This document shows positions 43,525 through 53,868 of a DNA stretch of 64,000 nt, in pieces; within the stretch, counting starts at the first letter, position 1; each line of letters opens with the position of its first letter. The position numbers and the translations under genes are program-made. The stretch comes from Planctomycetota bacterium (GTDB lineage: Bacteria > Planctomycetota > UBA1135 > UBA2386). The notes under the pieces were generated by a model. It was not told the DNA's origin. It made no database searches and was given only the letters and a program-made list of their open reading frames with translations. The DNA lies in NCBI GenBank assembly GCA_965223545.1, contig OZ245006.1, positions 4,384,001-4,448,000 of the forward strand, read 5' to 3'.

Positions 43525-43539
43525 CATCGGGCTCCCCGT

Positions 43540-43616
43540 GGGCCCGTAGCTCAGTTGGTCAGAGCGTCTGGTTTACACCCAGAAGGTCCCCCGTTCGAGC
43601 CGGGGCGGGCCCACCA
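43540..43616 (+). tRNA. tRNA-Val(TAC)
   Basis: GGGCCCG/CGGGCCC acceptor stem, TAGCTCAGTTGG D-arm, TCTGG-TTTACAC-CCAGA anticodon arm, GTTCGAG T-loop, encoded CCA. Confidence 0.97.
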
Positions 43617-43638
43617 AGTTCGGGTCGACTCCAGCACG

Positions 43639-46569
43639 TCACCGTTCGGACAGAATCTCGAAGGTGTGCGCGGCGCGCGTCACCGTCCAAACCACGCGGC
43701 TGCCGTCGACCGACCAGCGCGGCAGGTCACCGGTGCCCGGCACCCCGTGCGCGATCACTCGTTGCTCTGTCAAGTCGTAGATGTGCATCGCGTTGGTCTC
43801 CTCTGCGGAGAAGCTGTGGAAGAACAGCGAGCGCCCGTCGGGTGACCAGACGCCGCCGTAGTCCCAGTGATTGGCTTGCTCGAACGCGTGCCGGCTCTGT
43901 CTCTCGCTGGTGAACGCGAAGCGAACCTCGGAGCGCCCCGAATTCGCGGCTCCGACGTAGGTGCAGAACGCCCCCGAGGGATGCCAAGAGAGATTCTCCT
44001 TGTAGGTGTCTTCGGTCGGAGTGAGGCAGACCTGCTGACCGTCGCGAGGATCGATGAGGTAGAGCCGGTTGGTGCTGCCGCCGGGCTGTTGTCGGAGCGC
44101 GGCGAGCAGGCTCGTGCGCGGCGACCAGGCGATCTCGGGATGCCATCTGTGGCCTTCGCCCACGGGTCGGGGCGGCGCCTGCCCGTTCACCGGTGCAATG
44201 AAGAGGGCGCCCTGATCGACGTAGGCGAGGGTGTGGCCGTCGGCTGACCAGCGGGGTACGGCGGGGCCGGTGGTACGGGCGATGATCCGCGCCCGCCCGC
44301 CTGCCACCGGGACGATCCGAACCGAGTGCTCGGTGCCGGTGCGGGCGGCATAGGCGACCGACGCCCCGTCCGGGGACACGTCGTACGAGTAGCAGAAATG
44401 CGCGCCGTCCGCGGGGCCCGTGCCGGGTCCACCGGCCAAGTCCGGCGCGAGCAGGCGGGGGTCGCCGCCGCTGACGGGTACCGCGTGGAGTCCTGGCGTG
44501 CTCGGATCCTCCGCTAGATAGAGGATGGTCTGGCCATCTGGTGACAGGCTGGCGTTGGCCCCGCGAATCACCGAACTGGCGGCGTCGAACGCGTTGTCGC
44601 GGGCGACCAAGACTGTCCTGGACTTGCGCACGACGGCATAGGAGACGCCGGCGCGCGAGGCGACCGGCCGGTGCACGCCCGCGTCTACGTAGTGCGTCAG
44701 CTGCGTGGCCGGTTGCATCGGGCGGCCGGTCTCCGCATCGAACGGCATGCGCCACAGGCTGTTGCCCGCGGATCTGTCGGCGGAATCGGCTGTGTAGAAG
44801 ACGTGTTTGCCGTCGGCGCTCCAGGTGGGGTGGCGCCCGCCGGGCACAGCCAGGGTCGGCGCGGTCTCGTCCGCGCCCGCCGCAATGATCCAGACCCCAC
44901 CGTCCGTTCGCGATCGGACCCCCACCAGCAACCATCGTCCGTCGGCCGAAACGCCACCGAGGGAGAGGGCTTCTCCGGGAGAGGATCGATGCCAACGTTG
45001 CGCACCACTCTCCGCGTCGTGCGCGACGATCCGATCGTCGAGTGCGCAGATCCAGAGCTCTCCGCCGGTCGAGGCGCACAGGTCACGCAGTCGGCCGGTT
45101 ACCGAGAAGACCTCGCGCGGGTGGCCCGTGTCGACATCGAGGCACCGAACCTCCCAGTGGCCAATTCTGTCCTGCCGTTGCACCGCGATCGCGATTGCAT
45201 CTCGTCGCGGCCACCAGCGTGGCAGTCCCCAGATCTCGCCGTCAGCGGCCCGCCCGAGCACATCTGCGGCGGACTTGCGCCGGTCCCAAATGCGCAGCTC
45301 GTCGCCGACGAGGTGGACGATGCGCTGGCCGTCTCGGTCGACATCGAATGCGCGGGCGCGCCCCCCGCCGCTCTCCAGCTGCAACTCGGGAATGTCGACC
45401 AGCGTGCGCAGCCGCGGTGGGTCGTCGGCCGCGGGGTGCAGCGCGAACGCCCACGCAGCAGCGGCCGCGAGCACCGCGCCGGCTGCCGCTCTCGTCGTGG
45501 GTTGCCGCCGCACTCGGCGCCACCAGCGCGTGTGTAGCGTCGACGGCCGCGCCGACACCGATCGGCCCGCGAGCCAGCGGCGCAGATCCTCGGCCAGGGC
45601 CGAGACCGAGCGGTAGCGGTCTTCCCTCTCGACCTCGATCGCCTGCATCACGACATCGCTCAGTGCGCGCGACACCTCCGCGCACGAAGCGGGTGGTGTT
45701 GGTGGAGTGCCGAGCTTGAGCAGTGCCTCGGCCAGGCTGCGGCTGACGCCGAACGGCGGGGCGCCGGTGAGCAGCTCGTAGAGGACGGCGCCGATCGAGT
45801 ACACATCGGCGCGCGCGTCGAGGGCGTCGGCGCCCCGGAGTTGCTCGGGACTCATGTACGGCAGCGTGCCGACGGGCGACGCCAGCATTGTCCGCGACAC
45901 TGCGGCCTGCCCCGTGGCGCGCAGAAAGCGCGCCAAGCCGAAGTCGAGCACGCGGGGCTTGCCGTCGCCATCGACGAGCAAGTTGCCGGGTTTCAGGTCG
46001 AGGTGCAGCACGCCGCGATCGTGGGCGTGGTGTACGGCTTCGGCCACTCGCAGGCAGAGATCGACGCGCCCGTGTACATCGAGTGCGTGCGATTGACAGT
46101 AGCGGTCCAGCGACACGCCTTCGACGAGCTCCATGACCATGTAGAGCTCTCCGTCGTGATCGCCGGCGTCGTGGATGGTGACCAGGCCTACGTGCTGTAG
46201 ACGGCCGAGGGCCTGCACTTCGCGCCGGAACAAACGCGCCGCCCGGTCGCCGCCGACAGACCGCTGCATCACCTTCACCGCGACTCGCCGTCGCGGCTGG
46301 TCTTGTTCGGCCTCGTACACGACGCCCATGCCGCCTTCGCCGATCCGTCGCAGGATCCGGTACGAACCCATCCGGGTCGGCGTGGATTGACCCTTCGGGC
46401 GGCAAACCGACTCGAGGGCCGCGTGCAACCGCGAGAGTTCGCTGAGTCGGTCCGCGCATCGCGTGCAGCTGGAGACATGGCGCTGGAGCACGTCGGTGTC
46501 GGCGGCCGCCGGTTGGTCGAGCATGTCCCAGAGGGCCTCGTCGTCGACGCCGCAGTGGCGCGTGCTCAA
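43639..46569 (-). CDS. Ser/Thr kinase with N-terminal zinc anti-sigma motif, TM helix and TolB/PD40 beta-propellers
   Basis: HVSSCTRC (HxxxCxxC); GEGGMG, VAVK, HLDLKPGN, DFG, YMSPEQ; TM; WSPDG repeats; TTGA overlap with the ECF gene. Confidence 0.92.
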   Translation of the reverse strand: MSTRHCGVDDEALWDMLDQPAAADTDVLQRHVSSCTRCADRLSELSRLHAALESVCRPKGQSTPTRMGSYRILRRIGEGGMGVVYEAEQDQPRRRVAVKVMQRSVGGDRAARLFRREVQALGRLQHVGLVTIHDAGDHDGELYMVMELVEGVSLDRYCQSHALDVHGRVDLCLRVAEAVHHAHDRGVLHLDLKPGNLLVDGDGKPRVLDFGLARFLRATGQAAVSRTMLASPVGTLPYMSPEQLRGADALDARADVYSIGAVLYELLTGAPPFGVSRSLAEALLKLGTPPTPPASCAEVSRALSDVVMQAIEVEREDRYRSVSALAEDLRRWLAGRSVSARPSTLHTRWWRRVRRQPTTRAAAGAVLAAAAAWAFALHPAADDPPRLRTLVDIPELQLESGGGRARAFDVDRDGQRIVHLVGDELRIWDRRKSAADVLGRAADGEIWGLPRWWPRRDAIAIAVQRQDRIGHWEVRCLDVDTGHPREVFSVTGRLRDLCASTGGELWICALDDRIVAHDAESGAQRWHRSSPGEALSLGGVSADGRWLLVGVRSRTDGGVWIIAAGADETAPTLAVPGGRHPTWSADGKHVFYTADSADRSAGNSLWRMPFDAETGRPMQPATQLTHYVDAGVHRPVASRAGVSYAVVRKSRTVLVARDNAFDAASSVIRGANASLSPDGQTILYLAEDPSTPGLHAVPVSGGDPRLLAPDLAGGPGTGPADGAHFCYSYDVSPDGASVAYAARTGTEHSVRIVPVAGGRARIIARTTGPAVPRWSADGHTLAYVDQGALFIAPVNGQAPPRPVGEGHRWHPEIAWSPRTSLLAALRQQPGGSTNRLYLIDPRDGQQVCLTPTEDTYKENLSWHPSGAFCTYVGAANSGRSEVRFAFTSERQSRHAFEQANHWDYGGVWSPDGRSLFFHSFSAEETNAMHIYDLTEQRVIAHGVPGTGDLPRWSVDGSRVVWTVTRAAHTFEILSER

Positions 46570-47129
46570 CGGATGCCGCTCCTCGGGGTCCGCTCCAACC
46601 GCGCCGCGAGCTCGGAGCGGGCCTTCCACAGTCGTCCCTTTACCGCTGCCTCGCTGACTTCGAGCACCTCGGCGATCTTCGCTCGGCTCATGTCCTCGAA
46701 GTAGCGCAGGAACAGCACCTCGGCGTGTGCCTGGGTCAGCGTTTCCATCGCCGCCGCGACCCGTTGCTCGCGGCGGTGACGATCCAGCGACGTTTCCACT
46801 CCCGTGCGGTTGGAGATCGCTTGTGAGGGTCGGAACTCCACGCGCATGCCCAACTTCGAGTTTCGCTTGCACTCGGTGAGGCAGTGGTTGCGCGCGATGC
46901 GGTAGAGCCAGCTGCGCAGCGAGCCGGTCGGCCACGGCGCCGCCGCGGCTTTCGCGATCACCTCCTGGGCCGCGTCCTCGGCGTCGTGATCCGAGCCGAG
47001 ATAGCCCCGACAAAACCCCTGGATGCGAGCGCCGTGCTGCGCCAACAGCTCCATCGCGGCCGCTCGATCCCCATGCCGTGCTCGCGTCGCGAGCTCGTCT
47101 TCGGCGTCGGTTCGCCTCGCGTTGTCCAT
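46566..47129 (-). CDS. ECF sigma factor
   Basis: DAEDAAQEV, SWLYRIARNHC, IAEVLEVSEAAVKGRLWKAR; start 47129 or 47165. Confidence 0.92.
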   Translation of the reverse strand: MDNARRTDAEDELATRARHGDRAAAMELLAQHGARIQGFCRGYLGSDHDAEDAAQEVIAKAAAAPWPTGSLRSWLYRIARNHCLTECKRNSKLGMRVEFRPSQAISNRTGVETSLDRHRREQRVAAAMETLTQAHAEVLFLRYFEDMSRAKIAEVLEVSEAAVKGRLWKARSELAARLERTPRSGIR

Positions 47130-47331
47130 CGGCAGAGAAGTGATGCTATCGCTCCTCTTGAACATGGCCAACCGGCCCCGGCGGACCCGAAAAACCGGGG
47201 AGCTGTCGCGTTCTCTTCGTGGGTCGATTCGCTGGTGGGGGCTGATTTCGCCGGCCGCGTGTCGCGGCGCGGAGTGGGTTGGATGGCGGCGACCGCCGCC
47301 CGTTGTCTTCCCTGGATCCCGGAGGCCCCGA

Positions 47332-49422
47332 ATGCACAGACCCCACCTCATCCGCGCCGCCCTTCTCGGAGCCGGCGCGGGGCTCCTCGCGCTGCCCGTC
47401 GGCGCGCAGATCACCGTTGACTACCTGAACTTCCACGGCGCGACCGAAGGGATCGCCGTCGATGATGCGGGACACGCGTACGTCGTTGGTTTGGCCGGCC
47501 CGCTCGTCGGCAACCCGCCGTGCATACCGAGCGTTGCGACGGATGCGGCCTGGATCGCGAAGTTGGACTTGGATGGTGAGATCCTGTGGTCGCGACGGAT
47601 TGGCGCCTCCCCGTGGGGGATCACCGTCGACAAGGCCGGGCAGAACGTCTACTTCGTCGGCCGCGGCGGGATCCCCAGCCAGTTCCCGCAGCTGGGGTAC
47701 GACCCCACTCCTGCGGGCGGCCGGGATGGGTTCGTCGCGCGGCTGGACGCGACCAACGGTTGCCCGATCTCGATGACCTACTTCGGCGACCGCCCGGACC
47801 CCTTCATCACGACGCCACACGACGTCGCCGTCGACGAGGCCACCGGCCACGTACACGTCGTCGCGACGACGGGGGACGAGACCTACACCCCGACGGCGGT
47901 GTTGGCGGGCTACATCCCCGCCGGGGGGAGCCCCGAGGCGATTGCGGTGGGCTTCGACGCGACGCTGCAGACGCGCAACTACTTCGTCTATCTGCCCGGT
48001 GGCAGCGACCGCGACAACGCGCAGGCCGTCGACGTGGACTCGACCGGCATCTACATCTCCGGCAGCACCGAGTCCACTGACTTGACCTTCTCCCCGCAGC
48101 GCATCGGCCCGGGAGGACGGGGCGACGCGTTCGTCATGAAGCTGGATCCGACTGCCAGCACTCTCCTCTACGCGACGATCATCGGCGGATCACGTGGCGA
48201 ATGCCTGCAGGGGTCCAACGCCGTCGGCTCGCAGAACCAGGGCTCGTGGCTAGCGATCGACGACAGCGGTTGCGTTGCGGTTGCATCGTGGACGGCGTCC
48301 AATGATTTTCCGGTCACGGTCGGTTCGGCCGGCCTTGGGCAGGACGACGTGTTCGTCACCAGGCTGCTCCCCTCCGGTGCCCTGGATTGGTCGCGAGTGA
48401 TTGGCGGCAGCCGCAACGACAACGCGCTGGGGATCGCGAGGGATGCGGCAGCGGGCACCCTCTACGCCGTTGGACAGACGAAGTCGTCCGAGTTCCCGGT
48501 TCCCGGCGGTCTGGTCACCGCACTCGTCGGCAGACGCGATGCGTTCGTGGTCGAGCTCGACGAGGTGAGCGGCGCGTTGATGACCGGGACTCTGCTGGGT
48601 GGATCCGACAACGACGTGGCCAACGGGGGAGTGGCCACCGACGGTCGTGGCGGCGTCTACGTCACCGGCCACGGTTCGGCCGGATTCCAACCCGCGCTCA
48701 CCTCGACGACGTTCACGACCAATGCCTTCGCCGCGAAGCTCCGCTTCGTACCGCCGCCACCGGTGCCCCGCATCGACGTCGCGCCGACGTCCGGACTCGA
48801 AACGACCGAAGGTGGTGGCACGGATGCCTTCGACGTCGTTCTCGGCACGCAGCCGGCCGCGCCGGTTGCGGTCGATTTGTGGAGCAGTGATACCACCGAA
48901 GGCCTGGTTTCGGCGGCGGGTCAGACGCCGACCACGGTCGTCACGCTCGTGTTCGACTCGATCAACTGGAGTACTCCGCAGACCGTGACCGTGCACGGAC
49001 AGCAAGACCCCGACCTCGACGGGGACGTGCCGTACACGGTCGTCACCAATCCCGCGGTCAGCAGCGATCCGGACTACGCCGCGCTCGACGCGACTGATGT
49101 GTCGGTGACGAACATCGACGACGAAGTGGCTCCCGGCATTGCGGTGGACGGCATCTCTCCCGGGTCGATGAACGCAGGAGACTCGGTGGCGGTGACGATC
49201 ACCGGGAGTGGGTTCGCTGTGGGGGCGGCCGTCAGTCTGGAAGCCGGCACGGGACCAGCGCCGGAGGTGACCGGCGTGATCGTCGTCTCTGAGACCACGA
49301 TCACAGCGACGTTTGGCGCGAGTAGCGCCGGTCCTCGCGGGATCCGCACGTGGGACGTGCGGGTGACCAACCCGGATGCATCCACCGGGGTGCTCGCGGG
49401 AGGGTTCCAGGTGATCAAGTAG
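47332..49422 (+). CDS. Secreted SBBP beta-propeller protein with Calx-beta-like and IPT/TIG domains
   Basis: GGAGG SD, signal peptide, DAFVxKL/GGS.xD repeats, TTEGG..F.VVL.TQP Ig domain, ISP...VTITGSGF...VTNPD. Confidence 0.85.
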   Translation: MHRPHLIRAALLGAGAGLLALPVGAQITVDYLNFHGATEGIAVDDAGHAYVVGLAGPLVGNPPCIPSVATDAAWIAKLDLDGEILWSRRIGASPWGITVDKAGQNVYFVGRGGIPSQFPQLGYDPTPAGGRDGFVARLDATNGCPISMTYFGDRPDPFITTPHDVAVDEATGHVHVVATTGDETYTPTAVLAGYIPAGGSPEAIAVGFDATLQTRNYFVYLPGGSDRDNAQAVDVDSTGIYISGSTESTDLTFSPQRIGPGGRGDAFVMKLDPTASTLLYATIIGGSRGECLQGSNAVGSQNQGSWLAIDDSGCVAVASWTASNDFPVTVGSAGLGQDDVFVTRLLPSGALDWSRVIGGSRNDNALGIARDAAAGTLYAVGQTKSSEFPVPGGLVTALVGRRDAFVVELDEVSGALMTGTLLGGSDNDVANGGVATDGRGGVYVTGHGSAGFQPALTSTTFTTNAFAAKLRFVPPPPVPRIDVAPTSGLETTEGGGTDAFDVVLGTQPAAPVAVDLWSSDTTEGLVSAAGQTPTTVVTLVFDSINWSTPQTVTVHGQQDPDLDGDVPYTVVTNPAVSSDPDYAALDATDVSVTNIDDEVAPGIAVDGISPGSMNAGDSVAVTITGSGFAVGAAVSLEAGTGPAPEVTGVIVVSETTITATFGASSAGPRGIRTWDVRVTNPDASTGVLAGGFQVIK

Positions 49423-49562
49423 GCCGCCATCCTGTTTTCGTGTCCGACCCGCTCCATCGGGTGTGCTCGATCATGACGTTCCGGCAATCGCCCCCCTCCG
49501 CCAGCCGCTGCGCTCCGAAACAGAGATCGAGCTGTCGGTCGGGCTCCATCGAGGTTCCCGCC

Positions 49563-51146
49563 ATGCCCAGTGTCCACTCTTCAGCGTTCGAGCCGTTCCT
49601 TCCCCGCTTCGCCGTCGCCACGCTGGCTCTCGTCGGCGCCGTCGCCGCACAGTCCCCCTACGCCACGATTCTCTCGCCCCGATACCCGTTCTTCGGCGAG
49701 GGTGTGGACATCCTGGGCGATCTCGACGGCGATGGGGCCGATGAGTTCATCGTTTCGTCGCGCGTCGAGACCACCATCTTCGACGGGCGCACCGGCGTCG
49801 AGGTGGTCAGCCTCGAGAGTGCTCCGGGCGCTGGCTTCACCTGGGCGAGCGCGGCCGGCGATGCGAATCAGGACGGCGTTCCCGACCTACTGGTGGGCAT
49901 CGACGATCAGGTGGGCCCGGGCGTCGCGATGGTGCTGTTCGGGCCGAGCTGGACCTCGCAGCCATCCCACACTTGGTCGGGCACGGTGAATGGCGAAGGC
50001 TACGGCAGCTACGTCCGCAATGTCGGCGATGTCGATGGCGACGGAGTCGGTGACCTCGGCGTGTGCTCGCCGCAATGGGGTATCCCGCTCCCCGGCTATA
50101 CCGAGATTCGCTCGGGCAAGACCGGTGCGCTGCTCGCGACCTTCACGGGAGGCGCCTACACCATGGGCGGCGTCGGCGACATCGACGGCGACGGGCTCGG
50201 CGACGTGGTCGTCGACGATCCCGCCGCGGGCCGCACCACGCTGTTCTCGGTGGCTCCGCCCGCCGTGTTGCGCGAGTGGCCGATCGCGCGCACCGGCTTC
50301 GGCGACAACCCGGCGGGCGTCGGCGATGTCGACGGCGACGGCGTCAACGACGTCCTGCTCTCCGACGAGCTCTTTGGTTTCTCGGGAGCTTCGCGCGCGG
50401 GGGCCATCCGGGTCTACTCCGGCCAAACCGGAGCCTTGATCAAGGTCTTGCGGGGCACCACGGCGAATCAGAGGTTTGGCCGAACGCTGGACGTCATCGG
50501 CGACCTCAACGGCGACGGCGTCGACGAGATCTGGGTCGGCACCGGTGGTCTGAGCGGAGTGCCGGATACGGTGTTCGTCGTCGATGTCGTGAGCGGCATC
50601 CACTTGTTCAGCGAAACGCGCGCGGGCGTCCGCTTCGGTCATTGGCTGGGAGCGGGCGGCGACGTGAATGGCGATGGGGTCCCCGACGCCATCGCGGGTG
50701 CGCCGCTGACTTCGCTGCCACCCAACGGCTACGCCTACCTGGTCTCCGGAGCCAGATTGTCGCTGGTCACCGACACTCCCTTCCTGCCGATTTCGACGGG
50801 TGGAACCCAGGTGCTCGACGTCAGTGCGGGCGTTGGCCGTGCCGGGCTGCCGTATCTCTTGTTGGGTTCTGCCAGCGGGACGGCGCCCGGCTTCTCGCTG
50901 GGCACCACCGCGGTTCCACTCAACCCGGATGGCTACTTGGCGCACACCGCGCAGTTCCCGAACCTCCCACCGCTCGTCAACTCGGCGGGAATCCTGGACA
51001 GGGTCGGTCAAGCGCAGGCGAGCCTGGTTTTGCCCGCGGGATTGCCGCCGGTGTTGGTCGGCCTCGAGCTCGAGCACGCGTGTGTCGTGCTAGCGACGGG
51101 GGCGCCGTTCGCGACCAACGCAATGCCGTTGACCTTGGTGAACTGA
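49563..51146 (+). CDS. Secreted FG-GAP (integrin alpha-like) repeat protein with shared C-terminal module
   Basis: GDxDGDGxxD repeats with FG motifs; signal peptide. Confidence 0.88.
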   Translation: MPSVHSSAFEPFLPRFAVATLALVGAVAAQSPYATILSPRYPFFGEGVDILGDLDGDGADEFIVSSRVETTIFDGRTGVEVVSLESAPGAGFTWASAAGDANQDGVPDLLVGIDDQVGPGVAMVLFGPSWTSQPSHTWSGTVNGEGYGSYVRNVGDVDGDGVGDLGVCSPQWGIPLPGYTEIRSGKTGALLATFTGGAYTMGGVGDIDGDGLGDVVVDDPAAGRTTLFSVAPPAVLREWPIARTGFGDNPAGVGDVDGDGVNDVLLSDELFGFSGASRAGAIRVYSGQTGALIKVLRGTTANQRFGRTLDVIGDLNGDGVDEIWVGTGGLSGVPDTVFVVDVVSGIHLFSETRAGVRFGHWLGAGGDVNGDGVPDAIAGAPLTSLPPNGYAYLVSGARLSLVTDTPFLPISTGGTQVLDVSAGVGRAGLPYLLLGSASGTAPGFSLGTTAVPLNPDGYLAHTAQFPNLPPLVNSAGILDRVGQAQASLVLPAGLPPVLVGLELEHACVVLATGAPFATNAMPLTLVN

Positions 51147-51153
51147 ACGACCG

Positions 51154-51492
51154 TCAGCCGAGGACGTGCAGGGGCCCGGTGGCGTAGAGGCCATTGGGAA
51201 AGAACGCCTCCCAGACCAATCCGCCCGGCCCCTCGGTGATGATCAGAATGATCCCGGTCGCCGGGTCGAGGAACGTGACCGGCATCACGCCCACCGGCGA
51301 GGTGCGCTTGCCGTTGAAGGAGGCGTTGCCGTTGTTGTCGACGAACGTTCCGGTGCCGTCGGGCTCGCTGTGCGTGAACGTGCCGAGGCTCTGACCGTTC
51401 GCGTCCTGAACGTCGTACTGGACCTGGACTTGTGCGTGGCCGATCGCGCAGAGAACGAAGATGGCGAGGAACGAGAACACTGTGCGTCGCAT
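51154..51492 (-). CDS. Small secreted hypothetical protein
   Basis: Signal peptide MRRTVFSFLAIFVLCAIGHAQ; beta-rich mature part. Confidence 0.75.
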   Translation of the reverse strand: MRRTVFSFLAIFVLCAIGHAQVQVQYDVQDANGQSLGTFTHSEPDGTGTFVDNNGNASFNGKRTSPVGVMPVTFLDPATGIILIITEGPGGLVWEAFFPNGLYATGPLHVLG

Positions 51493-51512
51493 GACAGTGG
51501 CTTTCGAGTAGG

Positions 51513-51578
51513 GGTCGTTGCCGCGCGGAGCGTGCGGGGGCGCGTCGGTGCGCCTCGCAGTGCCGCGTCCCAACGACC
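51513..51578. other. Long imperfect hairpin in the leader of 51154..51492
   Basis: GGTCGTTG (51513-20) pairs with CAACGACC (51571-78); inner arms CGCGG/CCGCG and TGCGGGGGCGC/GCGCCTCGCA. Confidence 0.45.
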
Positions 51579-51746
51579 GGACGCCCTCTTAATCCGCAAC
51601 GTTCGCGCGAAACCGGAGGTGGTTTGCGCAACATCGTCGTCGGCAGCAGGTGCTTCTTGGTTTCTGCGTGACTCCGAGCTGCGAGCTGGTCCTGGACTCC
51701 TCGGGTCAACATCGGCCCGAAGCGACCAGAACAAGGAGTCTTCTCG

Positions 51747-53849
51747 ATGCATCTCGCTACACCCACCGTCCGTACTCAGCCCGCCTCGTTTCTGCGGTCT
51801 GCGGCGGCCGGCGCGGCGCTACTGTGCGGCGCGGCTACCAGCCAGAACCACGTTGTGGGCTGGCAGAACCCGACGACGACGGCCCACACCGCTTGGGTCG
51901 AGATCGCGGTTCCGTACTCCCCCAACAACGCCAACTTCGTCCAGGTAAACACCGGCTCGACACAGCTGCGCGGAGTGAAGATCGCGGACAGCGGGGTCGC
52001 GGCCACCCACTACATGGTGCTCTCGACCATGTCCGCACTCCAGCTGGTTGTCGGCACCATGGCACCCGACCCCGGCGGGGCGGCTTCGACCTTCGTCTTG
52101 CACCCTGACGTCGACTTGAGCCAGGTGTTCCCGTCCACCGTCAGCGTCGTCAATGCCGGCATCGCGACCGATCTGCCGCGCGTCAACATCCAGGGCCAAC
52201 CGTTCGTCGTGCTCGAGTCGAACGAGGTGCGCCTCGTGCTGAAGGCCCGCTACTCGGACGGGAGTCTGCACGGTGACGCGTACGCCTACGTGACGTCGCT
52301 GCATCCGGCGGTGCGGTTTCAGACCGAGATCCACTACTGCGACATCGACGCAGGGGGTGATTGGGTATCGGCGGAGGAAGTCGTGTTCGAATGGCCCGCG
52401 CTGCCCAAGCCCCTCGAGGTCAGCTCGGACCTCGCCCTGGCCAATGGATACGTCTGCGCCGGGACCAAGCTGACCTGGGACCCCCCGTGCACGCCGCTGG
52501 CTCTCTCACCGGGATGCGAGGACGCGACCACCGCGCGATTGGGTTTCGGCGAACGGGCGGTATTCGACGGCATGTTGCTGTTCGGCGATGACCCGAGCCA
52601 GGCCAGCCAGCGCGACGGCGCGCGCGGCGGGCCGATCGTCGGGCTTGCGCTCGGCACGGCGTGGGATGGCCACTGGGGGGCACTCGGCGGCATCCCGCGC
52701 ATGCCGACGAATCCGGATCCGCAGTACACGTTTCACAACCTCGGCAACCTGTACGGCAATCGGCCGCATGCGATGTCGTTCCATCCCCACCAGGGAGGAA
52801 CGCAAGGTGGCTTCGGACAGAACGGCCTCGGCTATGTCGTCCGCCGACAGGTGCCGTCGGACCTGCGCATGGCGCGCTTGATCGTGGAGGACTCGGCATT
52901 GCGGCCGATCTTCGTGCGCCATGCCGACGGGAGTTTCGTCACCAAGGCGGCATCGTACCCGGCCACCAATACTGCCTCCGAGCTGCCGCACGATTCATCC
53001 GCGCGGTTCGGCCGGCCGACTCCCTGGCCAGCACCGCCGCATGTGTCGGGGCGCAAAGGCGCGGACGCGCAGCATGTTCGCCACCGCGATCTGGGTGCGT
53101 ACTTGCAGCTGACCCGCGACTACCAGATGCGCGACGTCTACCGCCAGACGCAGGAGATCGATCTGATGGACCGCAAGATCGTGGGCAACTGGGTCGGCAC
53201 GGCGCGCGCCGAGGGTCGTAGGTTGCTCAACTACGCCCAGGGTTGGCGCGTCTTCTCGGACCCGAGCGAGGACCTCGCATTCGGTGATCAGATGCGGGCC
53301 CAGTTCCTCGTCTTCGAAGGCGGCTGGGTGGGCGGAACCGCCCTGGCGGCGAATCCCAACGCCCGCGAGCTGGTGGTGGACACGCTTGCTACCGTCAACG
53401 GCAATCCCGCGTGGACGCCATGGGAGCTAGCGCGGGCCGCGGCCGGTCTCTACGCCTGTTCGCAGGCCTTGACCGCCATGGGCGACACGGTCAACGGCAG
53501 CTTGATGCAACAGCGCGCCTACGAGTGCGCGCGGACCGCGTGCATGGCGCTCTACCAGGTTGGCAGCGATTGGAAGGTTCCGTATCGCGTCGAGTACGCA
53601 GGCGGTGTCACTCAGATGCCAGCAGGGTGGATTGCCCCGGGGAGCATCCACATCAAGGAGGGATCGTCGGATTGGATCACGTGGTCGACGTCGGCACTCG
53701 ACGTGTTCCGCACTCTCTATCCGGTTGCCCAAACGCATCCCCTCGACGCGGCACTGAAGACGAAGGTCGACACCGTGTGGACATGGTTCTGGGCCAACCG
53801 GCAACCCACGAACTGGTCGCGCGCCCACTGGGCCGCCGAGATCAAGTAG
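51747..53849 (+). CDS. Secreted hypothetical protein, remote paralog of 18222..20135
   Basis: AAGGAG SD, signal peptide; DAQH...YLQLTRD...RAEG...PWE motifs. Confidence 0.75.
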   Translation: MHLATPTVRTQPASFLRSAAAGAALLCGAATSQNHVVGWQNPTTTAHTAWVEIAVPYSPNNANFVQVNTGSTQLRGVKIADSGVAATHYMVLSTMSALQLVVGTMAPDPGGAASTFVLHPDVDLSQVFPSTVSVVNAGIATDLPRVNIQGQPFVVLESNEVRLVLKARYSDGSLHGDAYAYVTSLHPAVRFQTEIHYCDIDAGGDWVSAEEVVFEWPALPKPLEVSSDLALANGYVCAGTKLTWDPPCTPLALSPGCEDATTARLGFGERAVFDGMLLFGDDPSQASQRDGARGGPIVGLALGTAWDGHWGALGGIPRMPTNPDPQYTFHNLGNLYGNRPHAMSFHPHQGGTQGGFGQNGLGYVVRRQVPSDLRMARLIVEDSALRPIFVRHADGSFVTKAASYPATNTASELPHDSSARFGRPTPWPAPPHVSGRKGADAQHVRHRDLGAYLQLTRDYQMRDVYRQTQEIDLMDRKIVGNWVGTARAEGRRLLNYAQGWRVFSDPSEDLAFGDQMRAQFLVFEGGWVGGTALAANPNARELVVDTLATVNGNPAWTPWELARAAAGLYACSQALTAMGDTVNGSLMQQRAYECARTACMALYQVGSDWKVPYRVEYAGGVTQMPAGWIAPGSIHIKEGSSDWITWSTSALDVFRTLYPVAQTHPLDAALKTKVDTVWTWFWANRQPTNWSRAHWAAEIK

Positions 53850-53868
53850 TCGGTCGCGCGCTGCCGCC

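Noticed and set aside
43540..53868. Intact integrative element or prophage at tRNA-Val
   Set aside because: No integrase, phage genes or attR duplicate seen.
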